Assembly: GCA_021814695.1 (NCBI GenBank)
Contig: JAKAHY010000003.1
Location: forward strand, 20,692-84,691
Length of the DNA stretch: 64,000 bases
From: a bacterium
GTDB lineage: Bacteria > Patescibacteriota > Minisyncoccia > UBA6257 > JAGOQP01
Reading direction: 5' to 3'
In this document: positions 29,295-38,672 of the stretch, in pieces
Layout of the letters: each line of letters begins with the position of its first letter
Numbering within the stretch: the first letter of the stretch is position 1
The notes under the pieces: model-generated
Told to the model about the DNA's origin: nothing
The model's input: the letters and a program-made list of their open reading frames with translations, nothing else
Databases searched by the model: none
Made by a program: the position numbers and the translations under genes

Positions 29295-31454
29295 ATGAAA
29301 AAAATACAATTAAAATTAGCAAATTGCTACGGAATTAAGAAATTAGAAAGAGATTTTGATTTTTCGAATAACGGTACTTATGTAATTTATGCTCCCAATG
29401 GAGTTATGAAAACTTCATTTGCGAAGACATTTAAAGACTTAAGTTTAGGATTAAATTCTAAAGATTTGATTTTTCCAGAAATAGAGACGATCCGTGAGAT
29501 TAATAAAGAGAACAATACTAATTTGTCTAAAGAGGAAGTTTTTGTTGTAGAGCCATATAATGAGGATTTTAATTCAGAAAAAATATCTACCCTTTTGGTT
29601 AATAAAGAATTGAAAGGCAGATATGATAAAATCCATTTAAAAATTGATGAAGAAAAGAGCGGGTTACTAAAAGAATTAAAAAACTTATCTGGATTTCGAG
29701 ATGATATCGAAGAAGAAATTTCTCAAGCTTTTACAAGTGAGGACGATAGATTATTTGATTCTCTAGAAAGGGTGGAAAAAGAAGTTATGGATATTTCAGA
29801 ACCTGTGTATTCTGATATTTCTTATAAAGAGATTTTCAATGAAAAGGTTCTAAATTTTCTGATGACTAAGGATTTCAAAGAAAAAATTGAGCAATATATT
29901 AAAAAATATGACGAATTAATTGAAAGTTCAAAATATTTTAAAAAAGGTATATTTAATCATAATAATGCATCAGTTATAGCCAAGAGTTTAGTAGATAATG
30001 GTTTCTTTAAAGCACAACATTCCATTTCTTTAAATACAAGAGAAAGTAAAAATGAAATTTACACCAAAGAAGAACTTGAAAAAGTCATTGATGAAGAAAA
30101 AAACGCTATATTGAATAACCCTGATTTGGTGAAAGTTTTTGAAGAGTTGGACAGCAAATTAAAAGCTAATAAAGAATTGCGTGATTTCAGAGATTATTTG
30201 TTAAATAATCCAAAAATTTTACCAGAACTGAAAAATCTTGATAGTTTTCGACAAAAATTATGGGTATCCTATTTTAAGAGTCAAAAAGATTTATACGAGA
30301 GTTTCTTAAAGGAATACCATTCTGGAAAAAGTGAATTGGACAAAATAATAGAACAAGCTAAAACAGAAGCAACGCACTGGATGGATGTGATAGACATCTT
30401 TAATGAAAGGTTTTCAGTTCCGTTTAAGCTTAGTATAAAAAATCAGGGTGATGTTATTTTAAAACGAGATGTTCCTAGTATCGCTTTTATATTTAAAGAT
30501 TCAAATGGCGAAGTTCCTGTAGAAAAATTAAATTTACTCCAAGTATTAAGTAGCGGAGAGAAACGTGCTCTGTATATCTTAAACATAATTTTTGAAGTTC
30601 AAGCAAGAAAAGAAGAAAATCAGGAAACCCTATTTATTATTGATGATATAGCAGATTCTTTTGACTATAAAAATAAATACGCGATTGTTGAATATTTGAA
30701 AGATATTTCGGAAGAAACAAATTTTTATCAAATAATTTTAACTCATAACTTCGATTTTTTTAGAACCGTTCAGAGCAGGTTTGTTCCTTATGATAATTGT
30801 TTAATGGTTGAAAAAACAACTGAAGAATTAAAAATAGTAAAAGCAGATTATATAAAAAATCCATTCAAATACTGGATGAATCATTTAGATGATGATAAAA
30901 AATTAATAGCATCAATTCCGTTTGTAAGAAATCTTATTGAATACACAAAAGACACAAACGATGATGATTTTTTGAAATTAACATCATTATTACACGTTAA
31001 ATCAAATTCCGATTCTATTTTTAAAAGCGATTTACAAAATATTTATAAAAGTATATTTCCTAACTTATCACTAACCTTAATAGGTAAAGATGAAAAGGTT
31101 ATTAATTTAATTTTTAATTTAGCAGATACCTGTTTAACTGCGACCGTAGGCATAAATCTAGAAAATAAGATTCTTCTTTCTATTGCTATTAGATTGGTAG
31201 CGGAAAAATTTATTTTAAGTAAGATAACTGATAAAAGTGAGATTGTCGGAAAACAAACAAGGAAACTTTTTGAAAGATTTAGAAATGAATTTAATAAAGA
31301 TAATTTTGAACAAGAAAATATTAAAATACTAGAGCAAGTTAATCTTATGACTCCAGAAAATATACACTTTAATTCATTTATGTATGAGCCTATTTTAGAT
31401 ATGTCGGATGATCATTTGAAAAACTTATATAACGAAGTGAAAAAATTAAAATAA
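29295..31454 (+). CDS. SMC/OLD-like ABC ATPase (719 aa) with a degenerate Walker A and a ~390-aa helical insert between Walker A and the signature motif
   Basis: The N-terminus follows the OLD/AAA_21 pattern (MKKIQLKLANCYGIKKLE…YAPNGVMKTSFAKT). Signature LSSGEKRALYIL, Walker B/D-loop LFIIDDIADSFD, H-loop ILTHN. Confidence 0.65.
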   Translation: MKKIQLKLANCYGIKKLERDFDFSNNGTYVIYAPNGVMKTSFAKTFKDLSLGLNSKDLIFPEIETIREINKENNTNLSKEEVFVVEPYNEDFNSEKISTLLVNKELKGRYDKIHLKIDEEKSGLLKELKNLSGFRDDIEEEISQAFTSEDDRLFDSLERVEKEVMDISEPVYSDISYKEIFNEKVLNFLMTKDFKEKIEQYIKKYDELIESSKYFKKGIFNHNNASVIAKSLVDNGFFKAQHSISLNTRESKNEIYTKEELEKVIDEEKNAILNNPDLVKVFEELDSKLKANKELRDFRDYLLNNPKILPELKNLDSFRQKLWVSYFKSQKDLYESFLKEYHSGKSELDKIIEQAKTEATHWMDVIDIFNERFSVPFKLSIKNQGDVILKRDVPSIAFIFKDSNGEVPVEKLNLLQVLSSGEKRALYILNIIFEVQARKEENQETLFIIDDIADSFDYKNKYAIVEYLKDISEETNFYQIILTHNFDFFRTVQSRFVPYDNCLMVEKTTEELKIVKADYIKNPFKYWMNHLDDDKKLIASIPFVRNLIEYTKDTNDDDFLKLTSLLHVKSNSDSIFKSDLQNIYKSIFPNLSLTLIGKDEKVINLIFNLADTCLTATVGINLENKILLSIAIRLVAEKFILSKITDKSEIVGKQTRKLFERFRNEFNKDNFEQENIKILEQVNLMTPENIHFNSFMYEPILDMSDDHLKNLYNEVKKLK

Positions 31455-31470
31455 ATAATTAAAAGATTTT

Positions 31471-32880
31471 ATGACCATAATGATTTTACTAATAATAAAT
31501 ACTTTTGGAATCGCTCTTTTGACATTTCTGTTTTTTAAGAATAAACAATCTGATAATGCCGGCCAAATAACAAAAGCTGTTGAGATTTTATTTGATAGAA
31601 TGGATAAGGCTTTTAAGGAAGAAATGTCTCTAAATAGAAAAGAGTCGGCAGACTCAGAAAAAAGATTACGCGAAGAAATTTCTAGCTCATTTAAGGGATT
31701 TGGAGATTCGCTTGATAAAAGAATGTCCGAACTTGCTAGTACTCAAAATAAGAATTTTGAAGGATTTTCTATAAAACTTACAGAATTAATTGATAAGAAT
31801 GATACAAAAATAGAAAAAGTCAGAGAAACAGTTGAAAGAAAGCTTGAAAATATACAAAAAGACAACGGCGAAAAATTAGAAATGATGAGGCAGACAGTAG
31901 ACGAGAAGCTCCAATCTACCTTAGAGAAGAGACTGGGAGAATCATTCAGGCAAGTAAGCGACAAACTGGATTCTGTCCATGTCGGGCTTGGAGAAATGAG
32001 AAATCTGGCGTCTGACGTTGGTGGTCTAAAAAAAGTTTTAACAAATGTAAAAACACGCGGTATCTGGGGTGAGGCACAACTGGGTGCTTTACTGGACCAG
32101 GTATTATCTCCGGAACAGTATGCAAGTAACGTTGCAGTTAAGCGTGATGGCAGAGAAAGAGTAGAATATGCTATCAAATTACCAGGCACTAAAGAAGACG
32201 GAAGTGATCCCGTGTGGTTGCCTATAGATTCAAAATTTCCTCAAGAAGATTATGATCGTCTAATTAGCGCATACGAACAAGCAGATGCCAATGCAATTGA
32301 TGTAGCGTCTAAACAACTGGAGCTTAGGATTCGCAATGAAGCCAAAAGTATCAACGAAAAATATATTGATCCACCCAATACAACAGATTTTGCCATATTA
32401 TTTTTACCATATGAAAGTTTATATGCAGAGGTTATTAGGCGCCCCGGTCTCTGCGAAACAATTCAAAGAAGCTACAGGGTTACAATAACGTGTCCGTCAA
32501 CATTGGGTGCTTTATTAACCAGTCTTCAAATGGGATTTAAAACTCTTGCTATACAAAAGAGATCAAGTGAAGTGTGGGAAGTGCTCGGAGCAGTAAAAAC
32601 GCAATTTGGTAAATTTTCTAACTTGCTCGAAAAAACTCAAAGACAATTGAAAACCGTAGCTGGTACAATTGAAGAAGCTACTAAAAAAACCAAGACAATT
32701 GAGGGTAAACTAAGAAAAGTACAACAATTACCAGAATCTTTATCAATTAAGGTACTAAAAGGAGTGGAAGAGTTGGAAAATAGCCAGGAGGATGCAGAAG
32801 GAATAGAAAAGACGTCAATTTCTGAGACGCAAGAAGATTTTTCAGATAAAGAGATTAGATCAGAAGACCTACCGTTTTAG
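31471..32880 (+). CDS. rmuC: DNA recombination protein RmuC, second full-length paralog (469 aa)
   Basis: TM helix, coiled coil, RmuC core DFAILFLPYESLYAEVIRRPGL…RVTITCPSTLGALLTSLQMGF. Confidence 0.85.
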   Translation: MTIMILLIINTFGIALLTFLFFKNKQSDNAGQITKAVEILFDRMDKAFKEEMSLNRKESADSEKRLREEISSSFKGFGDSLDKRMSELASTQNKNFEGFSIKLTELIDKNDTKIEKVRETVERKLENIQKDNGEKLEMMRQTVDEKLQSTLEKRLGESFRQVSDKLDSVHVGLGEMRNLASDVGGLKKVLTNVKTRGIWGEAQLGALLDQVLSPEQYASNVAVKRDGRERVEYAIKLPGTKEDGSDPVWLPIDSKFPQEDYDRLISAYEQADANAIDVASKQLELRIRNEAKSINEKYIDPPNTTDFAILFLPYESLYAEVIRRPGLCETIQRSYRVTITCPSTLGALLTSLQMGFKTLAIQKRSSEVWEVLGAVKTQFGKFSNLLEKTQRQLKTVAGTIEEATKKTKTIEGKLRKVQQLPESLSIKVLKGVEELENSQEDAEGIEKTSISETQEDFSDKEIRSEDLPF

Positions 32881-35800
32881 GTATCATTCTTCAATAAATC
32901 CTCCTCAAAACTTTTGATTCCGTTGAAGCCCATTTCTGCGTATTTTGATATGTCCGGAAAGTCGAGATTTATTATTTTCTTATAAACAATGCCTATTAAG
33001 GCCTTTAGGCGCTCAACTTCTTGCGGATCTATGTCCAGTGTTAGCCCAACGAGTTCTTTATGAAGGGGTTCTATAAAGCTTATAACTCCTTTATTTACCG
33101 TATATTTATTTCCGAATGCTTTGGAGTTTTCTATAAGGAGTTTATAGAATATTAACTGATTACGGTTGCGCCAGGCCTTAATTTTTGCGTACTGGTCGGT
33201 TGGGGACCAGCTATCTATTGGTTTTCCGGTTTTAAAATCCTCAACTATCATTTTGTTCCCTTCGATTTTTATTTTATCTATTCTTCCTGTTATGGGCGTT
33301 CCGTCTATAATTGCCCCCTCCTTTTTGAAATCAAATTCACTCTTATCGTCAATTGAAAAAGATTTCTTCTTCTGATTATAAAAGTTTTCAATTGCTTTCT
33401 GTCCTCTTTGCAGTAGGAGATCAAAATCCTTTTGGTTGAGCCGTCCGTTTTTTAGGGATTCTTCAAACCAAATTAACACCTCTTTAGTCGGAGGTAGTTT
33501 TTTATTATTTTTTAGGTAGTTGTATGTGCGTTTGATAGTTTCATGAGCGGCCGATCCAAGAATGCCACTTGGGGTCTTTGGTTCAGGAAATAAAAGCAGA
33601 TTTTTTTCAAAGAAAGTTGCTGGTCCGCCATCAACAACATTTAAGAAATTCTGTAAATGAGTAACGTTGAGTTTATAGTCGTCCAAAATTGGTTTTAAAA
33701 GCGCTTTTTCTTCGGCTACAAAAGGGGGAGTGTGCAACATATTTAATTGATCAACTAGCATCTCTTCCGGAACTCGATTAATATCTTTTATTTCAATAAA
33801 TTCTGGTTCAAAAGATTTTAAAGCACCTTCCGGGGATATAAATCCAAGGCGAGAAGATTCTTTTCCCTTGTTGTCATATTTATATGATGTCAGATATAAC
33901 AATCTTTTGGCTCTGGTGATGGCAACATAAAAAAGTCGGAGTTGATCATCTATATTGTCTCCTGCTGGGCTGATGGGTAAATTCGATGGCAGGGTTATAT
34001 TATTTCTACCTCGTCCGGTTCCGGCCCAGGAATCTTCCTGGCAATTTAAAACAAATACGGCTTCAAATTCCAATCCTTTGGCTTTGTGTGCGCTCATCAA
34101 TTGGACCGCTTCGTTGGAATTAATAAAAGGACTGGTGTTATTTATGGGGAGGTTGTTTTTTGTGTGGATGTCAAAAAATTCAATCATCTCTCCAATATTT
34201 ACTCTTTTACCACGTCTATATTCTCTTAGGGATTCAATAAATGATTTTAATGAAGATAGAAAATTTAAATAATCTGCTCTGTGTTTGGTAAATTTGTCCT
34301 TGTTAAAATAATAAGATCTAAATGGACTAAACATATCATTGCTACCCGCAGTTTCTTCCTCGGTTTTTTCATCTGAAAGGATTTGCTGGGGTCCACCAAT
34401 GAGCTCCTGGAGAACTTCTTCTGCCGTTGCGTAAGTTGCTAGTCCTCCCAAGTTAATGAAAAATTCCGCTATGTCACTTAGCTGTCCTCCTAATTCTTTC
34501 ATAACCATAAGCCACGGCTTGTTTTCTTTTATAGCCTTTATAGAAAGCTCCCAAATCATTGATCGTTTTATATTCCAGAACGGATAGTTTAATATCTCCG
34601 GTAAAAAGTTATCGGCATCGTCCGATTTTTTCATTATAGAGTCAACAAATTTGGCCATCGTGATAAGTTCCAAAATGTGCGGTTCCTGCAAAACATTTTG
34701 CTGGCGTTCGTAAGCAATTGGAATTTTAGCCATGTGGAAATAAGGAGCTAGAGATTCAAGGTCTTTATGTTCGCGAGCGATAACGGCAATTTCTTTGGGG
34801 GATATGCCTTGTTCAATCAATTTTTTTATTTCGGTTGTTATCCAATGATATTCTATTTCTTTGGAAGCAAATTCTTTTGAATGGATTTTTCCATCTTTTA
34901 TATTTTTATTACTGGCGATCAGCTCTTTTTTTAATTCTGGAAAGATATTTTCAAGACGATTAACACCTTTTTTAATTATAAGTTTTGCTGCGTCTAATAT
35001 GTCTTGAGTTGATCGATAATTTTCTTTAAGAACTATTAGCTCTGGTTTGCGGTATGTGTTTTGAAAACCGCTGACGTTGGTAATTTCTGCCCCCTGAAAT
35101 TTGAAAATTGCCTGGTCATCGTCTCCGACAACCATTATATTGGGTCTGCCTTCGTTGACAGGGTTATCAGTTAGAAGCTTCAATAACCTCATTTGGGCAT
35201 CATTGGTGTCTTGAAATTCATCCACAAGAATATATTGGTAGCGTTCCTGTAAGTCCAGTTTTACGTTTAAATTGTTTTCGAGCACGGAGATTGCGTCCAG
35301 GATCATATCGTCAAAATCATAATATTCGTTTTCTCTCAACTTCTTCATATATTTTTCGTATATGTCGGCTAACGCCTCCATCCTTTCGATGTTTAAAAGA
35401 TCGGTGATATGCCTGAATCCATCCTCGCCTTTTTCTGTCCATTCATTTTTCCATTCTGTTACTGGGGATGTTGCATTCAAATCCTCGGCGTTTTTGACGG
35501 CTTGGGCGAGTGAGTACGCTAGTGATTGAGCAAAAGGTCTAAAGAAGCCCGGTAATTTTTTAGATTTAAAAGCGCCGATCTCCTTGGCGGCTGAAATTGC
35601 GGCAGGATATAATTTTTTTGAGATCCTGTCATTAAAAACAGATTTGATTATTGGGTCTGCATGTTCTATTTCTTTTTTATTTTCGGCTAATATAGTTTTG
35701 AATTCATCCGGAGTAAGCCCGGCTTTTTTAAGATATTCGATCGCCTTTTTTGTTTTATATAAGTAAGTAAATTGACCATTGAACTCTGATCGCAGGGGAT

Positions 35801-36203
35801 TATCATATGGAAGTTCGGTAAATATTTTTTCTAATATTTCTGTCTGTGTTATCTGGTCAGCAGGAAGAAGAGTGGCGCCATTATAAAAATATTCCGGATA
35901 ATAATTTATTATTTCAACTCCAAAACTATGAAAAGTATGGATAGAAACTCTGTATGCGTCATGGCCGATAAGACCAGCTAATCGGTTGCGCATATTGAAT
36001 GCGGCGGCGTCGGTAAATGTTAAACACAATATATTTCCTGGGGAGGCGTCAGTATTTTTTAAAATATTAGCCACACGCAAGCTCAGAAGCTCGGTTTTTC
36101 CGGATCCCGGCCCGGCTATAACCATCACGGGGCCATCTATGGTATCAACGGCCTGTTTTTGTTGTTTATTTAAATTTTTAATCCTATCTTCAAATGTGCT
36201 CAT
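32877..36203 (-). CDS. UvrD/PcrA-like superfamily-1 helicase fused to a C-terminal RecB-family PD-(D/E)XK nuclease domain (1108 aa)
   Basis: Helicase motifs: AGPGSGKT, DEFQDTN, VGDDDQAIFKFQGA, NYRST. Nuclease motif: GRIDKIKIEGNKMIVEDFKTGK. Confidence 0.85.
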   Translation of the reverse strand: MSTFEDRIKNLNKQQKQAVDTIDGPVMVIAGPGSGKTELLSLRVANILKNTDASPGNILCLTFTDAAAFNMRNRLAGLIGHDAYRVSIHTFHSFGVEIINYYPEYFYNGATLLPADQITQTEILEKIFTELPYDNPLRSEFNGQFTYLYKTKKAIEYLKKAGLTPDEFKTILAENKKEIEHADPIIKSVFNDRISKKLYPAAISAAKEIGAFKSKKLPGFFRPFAQSLAYSLAQAVKNAEDLNATSPVTEWKNEWTEKGEDGFRHITDLLNIERMEALADIYEKYMKKLRENEYYDFDDMILDAISVLENNLNVKLDLQERYQYILVDEFQDTNDAQMRLLKLLTDNPVNEGRPNIMVVGDDDQAIFKFQGAEITNVSGFQNTYRKPELIVLKENYRSTQDILDAAKLIIKKGVNRLENIFPELKKELIASNKNIKDGKIHSKEFASKEIEYHWITTEIKKLIEQGISPKEIAVIAREHKDLESLAPYFHMAKIPIAYERQQNVLQEPHILELITMAKFVDSIMKKSDDADNFLPEILNYPFWNIKRSMIWELSIKAIKENKPWLMVMKELGGQLSDIAEFFINLGGLATYATAEEVLQELIGGPQQILSDEKTEEETAGSNDMFSPFRSYYFNKDKFTKHRADYLNFLSSLKSFIESLREYRRGKRVNIGEMIEFFDIHTKNNLPINNTSPFINSNEAVQLMSAHKAKGLEFEAVFVLNCQEDSWAGTGRGRNNITLPSNLPISPAGDNIDDQLRLFYVAITRAKRLLYLTSYKYDNKGKESSRLGFISPEGALKSFEPEFIEIKDINRVPEEMLVDQLNMLHTPPFVAEEKALLKPILDDYKLNVTHLQNFLNVVDGGPATFFEKNLLLFPEPKTPSGILGSAAHETIKRTYNYLKNNKKLPPTKEVLIWFEESLKNGRLNQKDFDLLLQRGQKAIENFYNQKKKSFSIDDKSEFDFKKEGAIIDGTPITGRIDKIKIEGNKMIVEDFKTGKPIDSWSPTDQYAKIKAWRNRNQLIFYKLLIENSKAFGNKYTVNKGVISFIEPLHKELVGLTLDIDPQEVERLKALIGIVYKKIINLDFPDISKYAEMGFNGIKSFEEDLLKNDT

Positions 36204-36422
36204 AGTTAAAACAATACTTCAAATTTTAGATCACGTCTATTGTGAGTATGATATAATAATACAAATGTTTCATCTGCCACCAAATTTTGCTTGGGAATTG
36301 ATAAAGAACATGGTCTTTGTTTGGTGGTTGCTAATTAAAGCATTCTGGCCGTTTTTGGTTTTATTAGCCCTTTTCTACGTTCTTGATTATTGGATTAGTA
36401 ATAAAAAAAGAAAAAATAAAAA

Positions 36423-36896
36423 ATGAATGATATTGAATTTTCTAGAGATTTAATAAAAGGTAAAATTGCGGAAGTCGTGTTTGAGCAAATGTTTAGATCC
36501 TCAGGGAAATATACGATACTGCATTCCGGTTACGAATATACACTTCCTGAACTTGCACAGTATCAGCATATAGCGGAAGTGAAAGCCGTTATCGAAAATA
36601 TAAGAAATGCTCCTGATTTTGTTTTAATATCTCAGGATAAAAAAGAAGTGCATTTAGTAGAGGTAAAATATCGTACACATAGACGTCCAAATGAATTAAA
36701 GGAAATCGCGGAGGATGTGTTAAAAATCTGGAATCCATGTTGGCTATTTGTTGCATCTCCAGACGGTTTCTTTTTTGAACCCTGTAATACTGTTGTAAAT
36801 AATAATGGTGAGATGGGATTGCTTTATTCAAAATGGGTCAACGAAGACATTCAGCGAGAATTTCTTAAATTATTGAACGAATTTGAAAAAAAATAA
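36423..36896 (+). CDS. Small PD-(D/E)XK nuclease-fold protein (YraN/UPF0102-like)
   Basis: GKIAEVVFE … APDFVLIS…VHLVEVKYR (E / PD / EVK). Confidence 0.55.
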   Translation: MNDIEFSRDLIKGKIAEVVFEQMFRSSGKYTILHSGYEYTLPELAQYQHIAEVKAVIENIRNAPDFVLISQDKKEVHLVEVKYRTHRRPNELKEIAEDVLKIWNPCWLFVASPDGFFFEPCNTVVNNNGEMGLLYSKWVNEDIQREFLKLLNEFEKK

Positions 36897-37149
36897 ACCC
36901 ATGAGCAAGGATGAAGAGTTGATATATGAAAATTGCCCCATATGTCTTAAAACGGGATTTGATGGGCACCTGGCTTATCTGGCAATATTGCATTACCAGA
37001 TTGAAGCCGGAAAAGAAGAAGGCGTCCCGATTGACAAGGTTTTCGATAAAACTCAGGCACTCAAGCATTCTATTAATAAAGAAAATGTGCATGAAAATAT
37101 CATCATTTCTCTGAGGCGGCTTGAAAAAATTGAAAAAAATAATAAATAA
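36883..37149 (+). CDS. Hypothetical small protein (88 aa; alternative start 36901)
   Basis: ORF overlapping the preceding stop. Terminator AATCCGCCCAAGGCGGATT plus T-run. Confidence 0.4.
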   Translation: MKKNKPMSKDEELIYENCPICLKTGFDGHLAYLAILHYQIEAGKEEGVPIDKVFDKTQALKHSINKENVHENIIISLRRLEKIEKNNK

Positions 37150-37247
37150 TCCGCCCAAGGCGGATTTTGTGTAGACAAATTGACGCTATAATCTTTTTAA
37201 TGTAGCTTGAATTCAGCAACTATATAAAACCAAAGGAGGGGCGACAG

Positions 37248-37703
37248 ATGCCTAAAAAAATCCAATGCTATCTAGCCGGTTCGTTTATTCCATTTGGAGG
37301 TTGCGAAGATTGGCGCGATTATGTTGAGTCGAATTGTCTGTGCGGAAAAATCTCATTTTATGATCCCAGATCAGATACTGAGCAGGAATCTATAGCATCT
37401 TTTACGTCTCAGGATTTGAAAGGGGTAGGGTCGAGTGATGTCATCTTCTGTTTTATGGATAAGAACGCGGGTGAGGTCGGATCTGCTGCAGAATGCGGAT
37501 TTGGCCTTGCTAAAAATCGGATGGTAATTCTTTGTATTGGGGAGGACGTTGACTTCCCTCATCCGTTTATGTTGGGGCTTGCGCGTCGAGTGATTATCGG
37601 ACTTGATGCCGGAATAGAATATCTCAAAGGTCTTGCTGATTATGGAATTGAGAATGAATTTGCTGTTGCCTACGATTTTTTGAAAGATAAGAGCCAAAAA
37701 TAA
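37248..37703 (+). CDS. Nucleoside 2-deoxyribosyltransferase-like (NDT/Rcl-fold) protein
   Basis: CYLAGSFIPFGG motif and flavodoxin-like layout. Near-identical terminator TTCCGCCCAAGGCGGATT plus T-run. Confidence 0.5.
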   Translation: MPKKIQCYLAGSFIPFGGCEDWRDYVESNCLCGKISFYDPRSDTEQESIASFTSQDLKGVGSSDVIFCFMDKNAGEVGSAAECGFGLAKNRMVILCIGEDVDFPHPFMLGLARRVIIGLDAGIEYLKGLADYGIENEFAVAYDFLKDKSQK

Positions 37704-37722
37704 TTCCGCCCAAGGCGGATTT

Positions 37723-37920
37723 TTGTTGTATAATAAACTCATGAGCAATAAATATCATAGCGGGGGAGCGAGTGCGGTCTACGGCCTGGGGTTTGTCGGC
37801 GCGGCTATATATTTCATCGGCCACGCGGCAACTTTCTGGCTGGGAGTTTTAGGCTTTCTTAAAGCCCTTGTCTGGCCGGCATACGTCGTCTACTACGCCC
37901 TCCAAGTTCTGGTAAAATAA
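37723..37920 (+). CDS. Small membrane protein (65 aa)
   Basis: Two hydrophobic helices. Confidence 0.4.
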   Translation: MLYNKLMSNKYHSGGASAVYGLGFVGAAIYFIGHAATFWLGVLGFLKALVWPAYVVYYALQVLVK

Positions 37921-37970
37921 TTCCATTACAGACATTCCAATCCCGATATATCGGGATTGGAATGTCGTAA

Positions 37971-38672
37971 GTGAAGAAAAATAAAAAAATGCGAACGGAT
38001 AAAAAAATATTTACAATCGTTCTGCTGGTTTTGGGATTGGCTTGGGCCGGAATCACCAGCGCCCATCAGCCCAGGATTGAATTTAATTCCAATCCGACAA
38101 TCGACAATCCCGTTCCAATTTCCAATCCGGGAGTTTCTCAGGCATTTTACGGCGATCTTAAGGGTAGTCCCCAGTACTACGAAATCAAACTTGATAGCCC
38201 TTTAGATTTTTATTTTGGTGTTTTGGTTCCGGATGTTCCGGGAATCGGGAAAAATGTTTCGGCCGGGCTTATCATAGAAAATTCGCCAAAAAGTTCGTAT
38301 GCCGCTTTTCTGGACGCCTCCAGGTCTGACTGGAATATATTTTACGAGGAATTTGCAGGAGATAATTATTTTTTTGGACCCGATACCACAATAAATCTTC
38401 CGGCGGGAAATTATCTGATCAAGGTATTTAATCCTGACAATGTCGGAAAATATGTTTTAGTTGTCGGAAAGGAAGAAGTCTTTCCTCCAAGTGAATGGCT
38501 GAGTGCGGCAATAAAATTGCCTTTGCTAAAAACCCAGTTTTTTGAAAAACCGATATGGTCGTTATGGGAAGGAAAAATCGGAAAATATCTGGTTATTGGG
38601 TATCTGATATTTATTATTCTGGTTATTGGCGCAATTTATCTAATTGTAAAAAAATTAGTTGCAAGAAAATGA
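37971..38672 (+). CDS. Secreted hypothetical protein with a C-terminal TM anchor (233 aa)
   Basis: Signal peptide plus C-terminal hydrophobic helix. Confidence 0.5.
   Translation: MKKNKKMRTDKKIFTIVLLVLGLAWAGITSAHQPRIEFNSNPTIDNPVPISNPGVSQAFYGDLKGSPQYYEIKLDSPLDFYFGVLVPDVPGIGKNVSAGLIIENSPKSSYAAFLDASRSDWNIFYEEFAGDNYFFGPDTTINLPAGNYLIKVFNPDNVGKYVLVVGKEEVFPPSEWLSAAIKLPLLKTQFFEKPIWSLWEGKIGKYLVIGYLIFIILVIGAIYLIVKKLVARK

Noticed and set aside
29295-31454. RloC/PrrC anticodon-nuclease identity for the ABC ATPase next to the RM gene
   Set aside because: The coiled-coil insert lacks the CxxC zinc hook of RloC, and no recognisable ACNase motif is in the C-terminal domain. Kept as a generic SMC/OLD-like ATPase.
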